The notes under the pieces are model-generated. The model saw nothing but the letters and a program-made list of their open reading frames with translations. It was not told the origin of the DNA and searched no databases. A DNA stretch of 64,000 bases from a bacterium. GTDB taxonomy: Bacteria; UBA8248. The position numbers were made by a program, and so were the translations under genes. The stretch spans positions 928,001 to 992,000 of the forward strand of contig OZ253442.1 in the NCBI GenBank assembly GCA_965261085.1, in the 5' to 3' direction. Shown here piece after piece: positions 19,231 to 29,160 of the stretch (position 1 is its first letter; each line of letters opens with the position of its first letter).

Positions 19231-20742
19231 TTGATGTCGGGTAGTGTTGTGAAAGTGGCCGAGTTTCCGCTCACCCAGGAAGTGGAGCAGCAATTCATCG
19301 ACGGCAACTGGGTGAAAGGTGATCGCGGCGAGCCGATAGACGTGCTCAATCCCTCGAATAACGAGACGATTTTCCAGTTGTTGCCAGCATCGGATGCGCA
19401 AGTCGATGAGGCCGTCGCCTCTTGCTGGCGGGCGTTTCATGATCCGTCATGGAGCAAGATGCCCGCGCTCGATCGCGGAAAACTCATCACGAAACTCGCG
19501 ACGTTGATGCGCGAGCACGCGGAAACCCTCGCGAGGCTCGAGGCGATCAACACGGGCATCCCCATCCGGGAGAGCCGCCTGGAGTCCGCTTCCTCCGCGC
19601 GCCATTTCGAGTATTTCGCCGGATGGTCCGGAAAAGTGGCGGGCAGCGCGCAACCCCTCATGAACGATCGGCTCATGTATTCGACAAGGGAGCCCTTGGG
19701 CGTCGTGGCCATCATCGTTCCCTGGAATACCCCGCTCAAGCTCATGTCCCGGGGGCTGGCCGCCGCATTGGCCTGCGGGAACACGGTGGTCATCAAACCC
19801 TCCGCCGTCGCACTGGCCTCGGTGCTTTATTTTGGAAAACTCGTTAAAGAAGCCGGCTTCCCGCCGGGGGTGATCAACATTGTCGCGGGCTCGGGACGCT
19901 CGACGGGCGCCAAGCTCGTTGGCCATCCGGACATCAGAAAAATCGTCTTCACCGGCGGCACCGAGGGCGGCCTCGAGGTTCTGGGGCTCGCCGCCAGGAA
20001 CGTCACGCCCGTGTTGGCGGAGTTGGGCGGCAAGGGTCCCATCATCGTTTGTGAGGACGCTGATCTGGATGAAGCCGCCGATGGCGTGATGAGCCAGGTG
20101 TTCGCCCGCCAGGGCGAGGTCTGTTTCGCCGGGACGCGCCTGTTCCTCCCGCGTTCCATCCACGATGCGTTCGTCGAGAAGATTATCGAGCGGGTGGAGG
20201 GGATAAGCGTGGGCGACGCGATGGATGAGGCGACCGACATGGGGCCGCTCATCTCTCCTGGTCATCTCGCAGATGTCGTTGGTTACGTCGAATCGGCTGT
20301 AGAGGACGGGGCGCGCGTCGCCTGCGGGGGCGGCCGCGTGACGCCGGAAGGAGGGCCGGACGGGAATTTCATGAAGCCCACGGTTCTTACCAACGTGAAC
20401 CAGGGCATGAGAGCGGCGTGTGAGGAAATTTTCGGCCCCGTTCTCACTGTCCAGGAGTTCGATTCTCTCGACGATGCGGTCAGGGACGCCAACGCCACGG
20501 ACTTCGGGTTGGCGAGCTACGTCTGGACGAGCGACCTGCGCCGGGCGCATCGCCTCGCTCAGGAGCTTGATTGCGGAAACGTATTCATCAACACCTACCG
20601 CTATGGCTCCGAGATCCCTTTCGGGGGCGTGAAGAAAAGCGGCATCGGCAGAGAGCATGGCGAGGAGGCTCTGCGCGAATACACCCAGATCAAAAGCGTC
20701 TGCATCGGGCTTTCGAGATGGCATTCCTGGAATCGAGACTAG
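19231..20742 (+). CDS. NAD(P)+-dependent aldehyde dehydrogenase
   Basis: PWN, FTGG, ELGGKGP, catalytic Cys in QGEVC, EEIFGPV, PFGG.K.SG.GRE. Confidence 0.93.
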   Translation: MMSGSVVKVAEFPLTQEVEQQFIDGNWVKGDRGEPIDVLNPSNNETIFQLLPASDAQVDEAVASCWRAFHDPSWSKMPALDRGKLITKLATLMREHAETLARLEAINTGIPIRESRLESASSARHFEYFAGWSGKVAGSAQPLMNDRLMYSTREPLGVVAIIVPWNTPLKLMSRGLAAALACGNTVVIKPSAVALASVLYFGKLVKEAGFPPGVINIVAGSGRSTGAKLVGHPDIRKIVFTGGTEGGLEVLGLAARNVTPVLAELGGKGPIIVCEDADLDEAADGVMSQVFARQGEVCFAGTRLFLPRSIHDAFVEKIIERVEGISVGDAMDEATDMGPLISPGHLADVVGYVESAVEDGARVACGGGRVTPEGGPDGNFMKPTVLTNVNQGMRAACEEIFGPVLTVQEFDSLDDAVRDANATDFGLASYVWTSDLRRAHRLAQELDCGNVFINTYRYGSEIPFGGVKKSGIGREHGEEALREYTQIKSVCIGLSRWHSWNRD

Positions 20743-20808
20743 GACGATCCAATGAATTTCGAGAAACTTACTCTACGCACTTCAAGCGAATTTCAAGGAG
20801 GAATCACC

Positions 20809-21768
20809 ATGAAGAAGTTTTGGCTGGTTTTAGCACTCGCTTTCCTCGTTGCGGGAGCCTCGGCCACATCCGCCTCGGCGGCCTATCCGACGAAGCCTGT
20901 GGAGATGACCATCACCTTCAAGGCCGGCGGCGCTGCGGACATCTCAGGACGCACCGTGGCGAAAGCGGCGGAGAAAGTGTTCGGACAGCCGATAGTCGCC
21001 GTGAACCGCCCGGGAGCCGGTGGAACAATCGGCTTCGCCTACGTCAAGACCGCGCCGCCCAGCGGATACAAGATCGGCTGGCTTTCGGCCTCGATTCTGA
21101 CCGGCACGAACATGGGGAAGCTGCCCTATGATTACCGCGCCTGGGATTATGTTTCCCGCGTGGTGTTCGAGGCGACCGCCATCGTCGTCCGGGGCGATTC
21201 CCCCTATAAATCGCTTCCCGAACTCGTGAAGGCGGCCAAATCGAAGACGCTCAACATCGGAAGCGCCGGCGCCGGCAGTTTTACGAGGCTCACGGCTTCG
21301 GCGCTGGCGAAAAAGGCGGGTTTCAAGTTCCGTCACATCCCCCTAGGCAAACGCCGCGTGCCCAGCCTCCTGGGTGGGGAGGTCGATGCGATTTCCGTCC
21401 ATCCGCCCGAGGTGCTGGCCCTGCACAAGGCGGGCAAAGTCCGCATGCTGGCCGTTTCTTTCCCGAAGCGCCATCCGGCCTACCCGAAGGTTCCCCTGTT
21501 CAGTGAACATGGGTGGGACGTCGGTTTCTATCAGTTCCGGGGTCTGCACGTTCCCAAGGGAACGCCCGCCGAAGCGGTTCAGAAGATCCACAAGGCTTTC
21601 GAGGCGGCTGCCAAGGATCCCAAAGTCCTGGCCACCGCCGAGAAAAGTGGTTTCTTGGTCTCCTACATGGGGCCGGACAAATTCCCGGCCTTCGTGGCCA
21701 AGCAGAACGCTCTGATCAAGGAGATCGTCGTTTCGCTGGGTCTGGATAAGAAGAAAAAGAAGAAATAA
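20809..21768 (+). CDS. tctC: TTT substrate-binding protein (second)
   Basis: Signal peptide, YPTKPV, NRPGAGG; AGGAGG RBS. Confidence 0.9.
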   Translation: MKKFWLVLALAFLVAGASATSASAAYPTKPVEMTITFKAGGAADISGRTVAKAAEKVFGQPIVAVNRPGAGGTIGFAYVKTAPPSGYKIGWLSASILTGTNMGKLPYDYRAWDYVSRVVFEATAIVVRGDSPYKSLPELVKAAKSKTLNIGSAGAGSFTRLTASALAKKAGFKFRHIPLGKRRVPSLLGGEVDAISVHPPEVLALHKAGKVRMLAVSFPKRHPAYPKVPLFSEHGWDVGFYQFRGLHVPKGTPAEAVQKIHKAFEAAAKDPKVLATAEKSGFLVSYMGPDKFPAFVAKQNALIKEIVVSLGLDKKKKKK

Positions 21769-21816
21769 ACTTCTGAATCGTACCGAGGGTGAAAAGCCAC
21801 AAGGGAACCGGCGTTC

Positions 21817-22302
21817 ATGACGGAGGAGAATGAAAAAATCAGAAGCAATGTCGGACGCCTCGTCGCTCCGATCCTTCTGGTGGTTTTTTGCATCTGGTAT
21901 GGTTCGATTATTCTGGAGTTGCCCCAGGGGCCGGGGTCAGAAGGTCCCCTGGGGCCTTCTTTTGTTCCCTGGCTGTGGGTATCGTTCCTTGTCGTTCTGA
22001 CACTGGTCGATATCGGAACGGACTACCTCGGCGCGCCTCGGGAGAAAGCGCGCGTCGTTATCGAGAGAAAAAGCATTCTCGACGCCTTGACCCTCTGCCT
22101 CTTGATGGCGGGCTTCGCACTCCTGATGCAATACATCGGTTTTTCCGCCGCAGTCGTGGTGTTTCTCGCCATCGCCATCTGGTGGAGCGGAATCCGCGCC
22201 CTGAAAATCATCATCCCCTACGCCGTCATCTTCGCCCTGGTGGTGAACTATGTTTTTCACCGCGTTCTCCAGGTGCCCTTGCCCCAGGACTGGCTCTTCT
22301 AA
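21817..22302 (+). CDS. tctB: TctB-family subunit (second)
   Basis: GPSFVP motif, four TM segments, LQVPLP. Confidence 0.85.
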   Translation: MTEENEKIRSNVGRLVAPILLVVFCIWYGSIILELPQGPGSEGPLGPSFVPWLWVSFLVVLTLVDIGTDYLGAPREKARVVIERKSILDALTLCLLMAGFALLMQYIGFSAAVVVFLAIAIWWSGIRALKIIIPYAVIFALVVNYVFHRVLQVPLPQDWLF

Positions 22303-22303
22303 G

Positions 22304-23794
22304 ATGGATCTCCTGGCGGACGGCCTCGTCCAGGCCCTGGCGTGGAAGCCTTTTTTGTTCGCCGTTCTGGGAAGTTTTCTGGGTATCGTATTCGCGGCCA
22401 TTCCGGGCCTCACGGTGAGCATGGGCATCATTCTCCTGCTGCCTTTCACCTTTCACATGGCGAGCGTCACGTCGATGAGCCTTCTGGTGGGGGTTTTCGT
22501 CGGCGGAATGACGGGAGGAAGCATCTCGGCCATTCTGCTCAACATTCCCGGCAATCCCGCCGCCATCGTCACGAGTCTGGACGGACACCCCCTCGCCCGG
22601 AAGGGCCGGGCCGGGGTCGCGCTGGGCGTGGCTTTTTTCTCGAGCTTTTTCGGAGGGTTGTTCAGCCTCGTCTGCCTGGTGACCATAGCGCCTCAACTGG
22701 CGGATTTCGCCCTGAAATTCGGCGCGCCCGAACTGGCGTCGCTGGTATTGCTGGGGCTTTGCCTCATCTGTGGATTCGCTCAAACCTCGATGAGCAAGGC
22801 GCTCATCTCGGGCGTGCTGGGCTTGAGTTTTTCCACCGTCGGCATGGACCCCATCGATTCGATACCGCGCTTCACGTTTTCCGTCGTACAGATTCAGCAG
22901 GGGGTTTCTTTTCTGCCTGTGATGATAGGGCTTTTCGCGGTGCCCGAGATCATTTCGGGCATGCGCGGCTCCGCCGTCTCTTTGCCGGATTTCTCCACGC
23001 GCCTGCGCGATTTGCTGCCCTCGCCGGGAATCTTCGTCGGTCTCTGGAAGACGCTCGCGCAATCCTCTCTCATCGGGACAACCATCGGGCTGCTGCCTGG
23101 TACGGGAAGCGCCGTCGCCGCCGTGCTGAGCTACAACACGGCGCAGCGCCGCTCGCCTGAACCCGAATCGTTCGGGAAGGGAAAGCTAGAGGGGGTATCC
23201 GCGCCCGAGGCCGCCAACAGCGCCATGACCGGCGGCGCGATGATTCCGATGCTCACGCTGGGGATTCCCGGCGACCCCGTGACCGCCGTGATGCTCGGCG
23301 CGCTCACCATCCAGGGGCTCGCTCCGGGACCTCTCCTGTTCGAGAGCCACGGCGGTTTCGTGTATTCGATATTCGGGTCTTTTCTCATCGCCTTGTTCCT
23401 GACCATCATCATCGCCCTGCTCGGCATACGCTTGTTCGTCCAGGTGTTGCGCGTGCCTTCGGGGCTTCTTTTTCCGAGCATCGCAGTGTTCTGCGTCATC
23501 GGGGCGTTCGCGCTCCAGAACAGCTTTTTCGACGTATTCCTGATGATTGGTTTCGGGCTGCTCGGCTTTTTCATGCAGAAATTCAACTATCCGATCATGC
23601 CGTTGCTGCTGGCGATCATCCTGGGCCCGGTTTTTGAGAAAAACGCCAGAATGTCGCTCATCCTCTCGGACGGCGACCCCGGCATTTTCTTTCGCAAGCC
23701 GATAAGCCTGGTATTTCTGGTCTTGGGCTTGGTCTATCTCATCAGCGTTTTTCTGAAAAGAACTTCTCTATGGAAGAAACAGGGTTCCACCTGA
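22304..23794 (+). CDS. tctA: TctA-family subunit (second)
   Basis: NIPGNP, APEAANS, TLGIPGD motifs. Confidence 0.92.
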   Translation: MDLLADGLVQALAWKPFLFAVLGSFLGIVFAAIPGLTVSMGIILLLPFTFHMASVTSMSLLVGVFVGGMTGGSISAILLNIPGNPAAIVTSLDGHPLARKGRAGVALGVAFFSSFFGGLFSLVCLVTIAPQLADFALKFGAPELASLVLLGLCLICGFAQTSMSKALISGVLGLSFSTVGMDPIDSIPRFTFSVVQIQQGVSFLPVMIGLFAVPEIISGMRGSAVSLPDFSTRLRDLLPSPGIFVGLWKTLAQSSLIGTTIGLLPGTGSAVAAVLSYNTAQRRSPEPESFGKGKLEGVSAPEAANSAMTGGAMIPMLTLGIPGDPVTAVMLGALTIQGLAPGPLLFESHGGFVYSIFGSFLIALFLTIIIALLGIRLFVQVLRVPSGLLFPSIAVFCVIGAFALQNSFFDVFLMIGFGLLGFFMQKFNYPIMPLLLAIILGPVFEKNARMSLILSDGDPGIFFRKPISLVFLVLGLVYLISVFLKRTSLWKKQGST

Positions 23795-23835
23795 TCAGCC
23801 ATTTCATTTCGCCGTACGGAGGGAGGCATCGAACC

Positions 23836-24972
23836 ATGAAACGAAGCACCGAAAGAATACTCACGACCCACACGGGGAGCCTGCCGCGTCCCCAGGAAGT
23901 AGTCGATTTGTTGTTGGCCCAGGAGGAAGGCGGCGCGGATTCGGGTGATCTCGATGCCGCCGTGGCGCGCGCGATAGAAGACGTCGTGGAAAAACAGGCG
24001 GCGGCGGGGGTCGACGTGATCAACGACGGCGAGCAGGCCAGGCCCGATTACACCAGCCACGTCAAGGACAGGCTGACGGGCTACGAGGGGCCGAGCTCGC
24101 CCCCGCTTGGCACGGGCGAAGAGGGTTTCCCCGAATTGTCCGAGATACTCTCTCAATTCGCCTCTCCGCTTCAGAACCGTCCGGCCTGCTCCGGCCCCGT
24201 GGCGTGGAAGGACTGGCCCGCCGCCCAGGTGGACATCGAGCGCGCGAAGAGCGCCCTCGGCCGCGCCGATACGGAGGAGGCGTTCATGACCTCCCCTTCG
24301 CCGGGGCAGATTTCACGCTATCTGAGAAACCTCCACTACCCGAGCGAGGAGGAATACATATTCGCGCTCGCAGACGTGATGCGCCGCGAATACGAGGCCA
24401 TCGTGGATGCGGGCCTGCTCTTGCAACTCGACTGCCCCGACCTCGCCTTGAGCCGCCATACCGTGTTTCGAGATTTGAGCCTTGCGGATTTTCGCAAGGA
24501 AATCGAGATGCACGTCGAAGCCCTGAACCACTCGGTGCGTAATATCACGCCCGAGCGCATGCGCATGCACATCTGCTGGGGCAGCACGCTGGGGCCGCAC
24601 CATGAGGACGTTCCGCTCAAGGACATCATCGACGTCGTGCTCAAAGGACGCCCCTGCGCGGTGTCGTTTCCCGGCGCGAACCCCCGCCACGGCCATGAGT
24701 GGAAGGTGTGGCGCGATGTCGACTTGCCCGAGGGCAAGAGCATCATCCCCGGCGTAATCGATTCGACGTCCAACTTCGTGGAGCATCCCGAGCTGGTGGC
24801 GGAGCGCATCGTGAATTACGCCGAGGCTGTGGGGCGCGAGAACGTGATAGCCGGGGTCGATTGCGGTTTCGGCACCTTCGCCGGCCGCGTACAGGTGGAT
24901 CGCCGCATCGTGTGGATGAAAATGGCTACCCTCGCCGAGGGCGCGGCCCTGGCGTCTGAAACACTCTGGTAG
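23836..24972 (+). CDS. Cobalamin-independent methionine synthase II-like (single-barrel; epoxyalkane:CoM transferase-like) protein
   Basis: TTHTGSLPRP, NDGE, LQLDCPD, HICWG and DCGF zinc ligands. Confidence 0.88.
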   Translation: MKRSTERILTTHTGSLPRPQEVVDLLLAQEEGGADSGDLDAAVARAIEDVVEKQAAAGVDVINDGEQARPDYTSHVKDRLTGYEGPSSPPLGTGEEGFPELSEILSQFASPLQNRPACSGPVAWKDWPAAQVDIERAKSALGRADTEEAFMTSPSPGQISRYLRNLHYPSEEEYIFALADVMRREYEAIVDAGLLLQLDCPDLALSRHTVFRDLSLADFRKEIEMHVEALNHSVRNITPERMRMHICWGSTLGPHHEDVPLKDIIDVVLKGRPCAVSFPGANPRHGHEWKVWRDVDLPEGKSIIPGVIDSTSNFVEHPELVAERIVNYAEAVGRENVIAGVDCGFGTFAGRVQVDRRIVWMKMATLAEGAALASETLW

Positions 24973-24991
24973 GGCGGTTCCAGGAGACGGC

Positions 24992-26380
24992 CTATTCTCC
25001 CGCCACGGTGAGGCGGATGAGTTTTTCCGCTTTCTCCTCCGCATCCAGGGCGCGGCAGGTTTCGATGATTTGCGTGTAGCGCGACTCCGGTATCGGGAGG
25101 CCTGCGGCGATGCCCCCGGTGCGGTTCGCGAGTTCATCGAAGCTGAAGATGAACTCGCGCCCGGTGGCCTGTTTGGTGAAGACTCCACGCTCTTTCGTGT
25201 AGATGCTCACCTTGGGAGCGAAAAGGTCCATCTCGCGTGAGGGGATGATTCTCACGCGATCCATCATCTCGAGCACCTCGGGCGGGTCGTCTTCGCCGGG
25301 GGGCTTGTTCAGCAGCGGATAGCCGCGCTTCACGACGCCGAAGGCCGCGTAGTAATGCGTGCCGCCCGGACGCGCCGCGCCGTCCTCCCGCCGGTTCGCG
25401 AAGGCTGGGCTCGGGTATTGCGTCTCCAGCCAGTTCACGAGAGTCTCCACGCGCTCGACCTCCTCGGGGCGGATGTCGTTCTCCTCGCAGAGCTTCGCCG
25501 TCACGTCGATGTGCGCCAAGTTGTAGCCAGAGGTGGTATAGATACGAAACAGCGTTTCGAGGAAGAGCCACTCCTCCCCCAATCCTTCGGTGATTTTACC
25601 TAAGCTCGTTCTCGTATCGCCCGTGAAACTGTAGGTCAAGCGGCCCTCGTTGTTTCCGGCGTAGGCGTGGTAGAAACCGGCTTCGCCTTCGAGCACCGTC
25701 TCCCCGCCGACGTGGCCCCGCTCGGCCAGCGCCGCCGCGAGGAGGGCGTTTCGCACCGCCGCGCCCTCTCTTAACGCCTGTCCCCCGCTTCGAGGGCCTT
25801 CGAGGTTTCCGCTCGCGAGACTCGCACAAAGCGCGATGGCGCTGTTCAACTGCTCCTCGTTCAAGCGCATGATTTTCGCAGCGGCGACGGCGGCCCCGAA
25901 AATCCCGAAAACGGAACCCGCATGAAAACCGCGCGACATCACCGTGGGGATGAAGTCGGACGCCAAGCGCTCCATGACCTCATAGCCCGCGGCGATTCCC
26001 GTCAGAAAATCCGCCCCCGAGGCGCCCCGTGTTTCCGCAGAGGCCAAGGCGGCGGGCACGATGCCGGCGCCCGGATGGGTGAGCATGCGGAACGTGTCCC
26101 ACTTGCCTCCCGCCAGGGCCATCTCGGAGTTCGCAAACGCGGCGCCCCCTTTCGTCGCCCTGGCCCCGCTCACCATGATGGTCGCGCCGCCGTGAACGCC
26201 CGCTTCCTCCTCGGTGATGAGCGCGACGGCTCTTTGCCCGTCTTCGGTTCTTGATCCCAAAAGAGCGGAGCCGATGGCTTGTAAGGTGACGCCCTTGGCG
26301 CGATCGACGACTTCGGGCGGCAGATCCTCGAAGCGAAGCCCCGCCGCCCACCTTGCGAGCCTGCGGCTTAAGGACGCCAT
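24992..26380 (-). CDS. MmgE/PrpD-family protein
   Basis: LRFEDLPPEVV, AAFANS, THPG, GYEV, RGFH motifs; GGAGG RBS before ATG 26380. Confidence 0.85.
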   Translation of the reverse strand: MASLSRRLARWAAGLRFEDLPPEVVDRAKGVTLQAIGSALLGSRTEDGQRAVALITEEEAGVHGGATIMVSGARATKGGAAFANSEMALAGGKWDTFRMLTHPGAGIVPAALASAETRGASGADFLTGIAAGYEVMERLASDFIPTVMSRGFHAGSVFGIFGAAVAAAKIMRLNEEQLNSAIALCASLASGNLEGPRSGGQALREGAAVRNALLAAALAERGHVGGETVLEGEAGFYHAYAGNNEGRLTYSFTGDTRTSLGKITEGLGEEWLFLETLFRIYTTSGYNLAHIDVTAKLCEENDIRPEEVERVETLVNWLETQYPSPAFANRREDGAARPGGTHYYAAFGVVKRGYPLLNKPPGEDDPPEVLEMMDRVRIIPSREMDLFAPKVSIYTKERGVFTKQATGREFIFSFDELANRTGGIAAGLPIPESRYTQIIETCRALDAEEKAEKLIRLTVAGE

Positions 26381-26676
26381 TTTGAACACCTCCTGGAAAG
26401 CGCGGGGTGTCTTCGCGCCGCCGCGCTGCGCATCTTCGGGGTGAGCCGCTGCCTGTTGGATGAAGGTTTGATGATGTGAGTGATGTCCATAAAAAGGCCA
26501 ATCCTCGAAACATGGGCGAAACAAAACAGAAACGACAATTTAACCGAACTGCAAGATTCCCGTAAAGAAACCCCTCTATATTTCTATCCTGTCAACGGAG
26601 ATTATAAGTGTTCATTTTATTTTCCGGCCGCACGAGGCGGCCGTTGTAACGAATATATGAAAGAGAGATTGGAAGA

Positions 26677-26847
26677 ATGAAGAGCAAGAAGTTGATGGGC
26701 GCGGAAAAATTATCTCGCAGGAAGTTCCTGAAAAAAGCGGGAGCAGTGGGCCTCGTGGCGCCCGAACCCTGGAGCAAGCACACGAGTCCGGACAAGAGCT
26801 GTGACTGGGTAAATCACCAGGGAACATATATGAAGACGACGACCTAG
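26677..26847 (+). pseudogene. urtA: Internally deleted urea ABC substrate-binding protein remnant (56 codons)
   Basis: Tat motif SRRKFLK fused directly to GLVAPEPWSKHTSPDKSCDWVNHQGTY, which I recognise as resembling the UrtA C-terminus; below the ORF-track cutoff. Confidence 0.65.
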
Positions 26848-26980
26848 TCGCAAGAACCGCCCAGGGGAAGCCGAACCTGGCTTCCCCATGGGCGGCCCAA
26901 AAAAGAATACGTGAATCGCGCAAATACCGGCCGGAATACGGCGAAGGAGGGGGTATGCAGCAAGCCGGCGGCGATTCCGC

Positions 26981-27232
26981 GTGGGAGCATCGCCGGGATT
27001 ATTTATTTCTCGCGTCCTTATTCTGGTTTTCGTGCTTGGCTTTGGCTTGGCGGCAAGAGGAGAAGCGCAAACCGAAACGTTTTCACCGGCAATCCAGGCG
27101 GAAGTCGCACAACCAGGATCGAAGAATCGAAAGAAAAGAAGACGCGCTGCCCTCAGTCTCGCGAAGCGCCTCGAGCCAAAGCTGCTACCCCTTCTTTTGG
27201 CGCTTCGCGAGGGCAGCCTTTATCAGTGGCAG
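26981..27232 (+). pseudogene. urtB: 5' fragment of urea ABC permease
   Basis: Signal peptide plus helical segment ending LLPLLLALREGSLY, like the UrtB periplasmic N-terminus; lies directly after the urtA remnant. Confidence 0.5.
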
Positions 27233-27411
27233 CCTGGATCGGGCGGAGAGCGGGTCTGGCGGGCGGCTGCACGCGGCTCACAGGCCCCGGCGCGCTGGTC
27301 CGCTGGCTGGCGGATTCGCCCGAAGTCTTAAGGAAGACGTATTTCGAAATCTGGAACGTCGCCAGAAAAACGCTTTTCGACCGAGAGGCGACGCCGCTCA
27401 GGAAGTTCTGA
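27233..27411 (+). pseudogene. ureD: 3' fragment of urease accessory protein
   Basis: AGGCTRL.GPGALVRWLADSPEVLR...W..AR..LF.....PLRKF* resembles UreD/UreH C-termini; no start, and in a different frame from the upstream fragment. Confidence 0.55.
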
Positions 27412-27443
27412 GGGGGAGGCGGTGCGCGTTTTCCTTCCCCTAA

Positions 27444-27728
27444 GGGGCTGTTGAAAAAGTCCCCCAAAAACAGGGAATGAATTTCTCAATCGACATATGC
27501 TTATGAAATGACTCCCCCCTTGAGGGGGAGTCGGCAATGCGAGGACAGAGTCCGAAGCTGCGCCGGTGGGGGGAGCTTTTATTTTAGAAGCATACCCCTC
27601 ACCGCATCAGCCTTCGCGCAAAAAACGCTCGGCTTCTGCGACTCCCCCTCAAGGGGGAGTCATGTCTCCTACCTCTCCAGTCGGCTCCATACGCTGAATC
27701 ACGAAATCATAACTTTTTCAACAGCCCC
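27444..27728. mobile_element. 285-bp MITE with IS1182-like ends carrying a REP-A doublet
   Basis: Perfect 17-bp TIR GGGGCTGTTGAAAAAGT / ACTTTTTCAACAGCCCC; flanks CCTAA / CCAAA; no coding capacity. Confidence 0.8.
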
Positions 27729-27948
27729 CCAAAGGGCGGTTCGCGAACCGCCCCCTGCAAAAAGGGCGGGTCGCAAAAATGTGACCCGAGGCCTCGTGTA
27801 TGAGAAATGGTGTTTTTTTTCATTCCGGCGGAGGCTGGTGACAACCGACAGGTTGGCCAGAACCGATGAAGGGGGATATTTTCCGGCATTTCATTACGTC
27901 TTTGATCGAGCGGGTTTTCACCGGGTTCGACGGCGGAAAGAACGAGGT

Positions 27949-28908
27949 CTATTCGACGCGCTGCCTCTTCGCGCCGAAAGAGCCCACGATTTCGCCGCGT
28001 TCGAAGACACCCACGACGCCGGCATGGCCCTCTCCGACGAAGCGGCCCTGAATGTAGTCATTGCTTCCGGTCGGCTTTTCCCCGAATGCGCCGCCGTGGA
28101 GCGAGACGTTCTCCCAAGGCGGGATACTCCCGCCATCTAGCTTGGCGCCGGTTCCGAGAGCTTCAAGATTGTCGAAAACGATGTCAACGTCCAGATTGGC
28201 GAAGTCGTCGATGACGAGCGTCGCATCGCCTTGCACGAACTGGCCGCGGGTCACGAAATCGCTGACGTCCACGCCGATCATCACCCCTTTCCATGTGGCG
28301 GACATGCCCTGCGCGGCCGTCGGCGCCGTGGCGCTCGCCACGCCGAGGGCGCTTGAGTCGAAGACGTCGCCGGGTCCGATGGGCCGGCCCTGCCCGTCCC
28401 TGATCGTCAGGGTGGTCCGGTTGACGAAGAAAGCTCCCTCGTCGAGCCAACCGCCGTAGAACCTTGCGCTGAACGCCCTTTCATCGGTGCGCTGGCCGAA
28501 GCCTTCCACGAGAGGGATGCTGCGGACGGTTTCGGTCTGTGGCTTGAGCGTCAAGGAATCCTTCAGGCGCTCGGCGAAATGTTTACTTCCGAAGTCGGAT
28601 TCGGGGTCGTCGAGAGCGCGCTCCAGCGCAGCTTCCAGACCCTCGGGAGCCGGGCTTACGCCGCAGACCGCGCCTTCACACTTGGTAAAGGTGAGCGACG
28701 ATGCTCCATCGAATCGAAACACGTGCTGATCGCTTGCAAGCGTCGTGGTGGCGGATTCCACTCTTGCGAGTGTGCCGAGCTTGACCTGCTCCACCGTCCG
28801 TGCGGTATCGAACTCCATCCACGCCATGTTCTCCTGATTCCCGGCGCTGCAACCGGAAAGAACAAGCATCGCGGCTATCGCAATCAACGTGGTTATGGTG
28901 CGCATCAT
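27949..28908 (-). CDS. Lipoprotein with C-terminal TbpB/HpuA-like beta-barrel
   Basis: Lipobox LSGC; ATWKG.M.G and GRFVG.GH..VVGVF......GSFGAKR C-terminal pattern. Confidence 0.7.
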   Translation of the reverse strand: MMRTITTLIAIAAMLVLSGCSAGNQENMAWMEFDTARTVEQVKLGTLARVESATTTLASDQHVFRFDGASSLTFTKCEGAVCGVSPAPEGLEAALERALDDPESDFGSKHFAERLKDSLTLKPQTETVRSIPLVEGFGQRTDERAFSARFYGGWLDEGAFFVNRTTLTIRDGQGRPIGPGDVFDSSALGVASATAPTAAQGMSATWKGVMIGVDVSDFVTRGQFVQGDATLVIDDFANLDVDIVFDNLEALGTGAKLDGGSIPPWENVSLHGGAFGEKPTGSNDYIQGRFVGEGHAGVVGVFERGEIVGSFGAKRQRVE

Positions 28909-29160
28909 CCGGTTCCCCTTGAATTTACTCTACTCGGCGGCCGTTCGCGTTTTCGGACCGCCTCCGTCACGGGGGCGCGCTCTCGTTCCGGGGCGCATCG
29001 CCCGGAGAGGAGACGGTGGGCAAGAGCGGACCACGAACACTGAACATGCCGTACCCGTCCGGGGCAGGTCTCGCCCCGGCCCTTGATGAAATTATACGGA
29101 GTTTCGTCGGGGATTTCACGAAAAATGAATTGCCCGCGCACAGGGGTGGCTCTCTAGCTG

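Noticed and set aside
23836-24972. Bona fide metE methionine synthase
   Set aside because: Single barrel of about 380 aa without the folate-binding N-terminal half, in a catabolic context
27508-28140. ORFs such as MTPPLRGSRQ... (also 1684-1887, 1928-2122, 29816-30591)
   Set aside because: They are translations of REP/MITE DNA; the same peptide recurs wherever the repeat occurs
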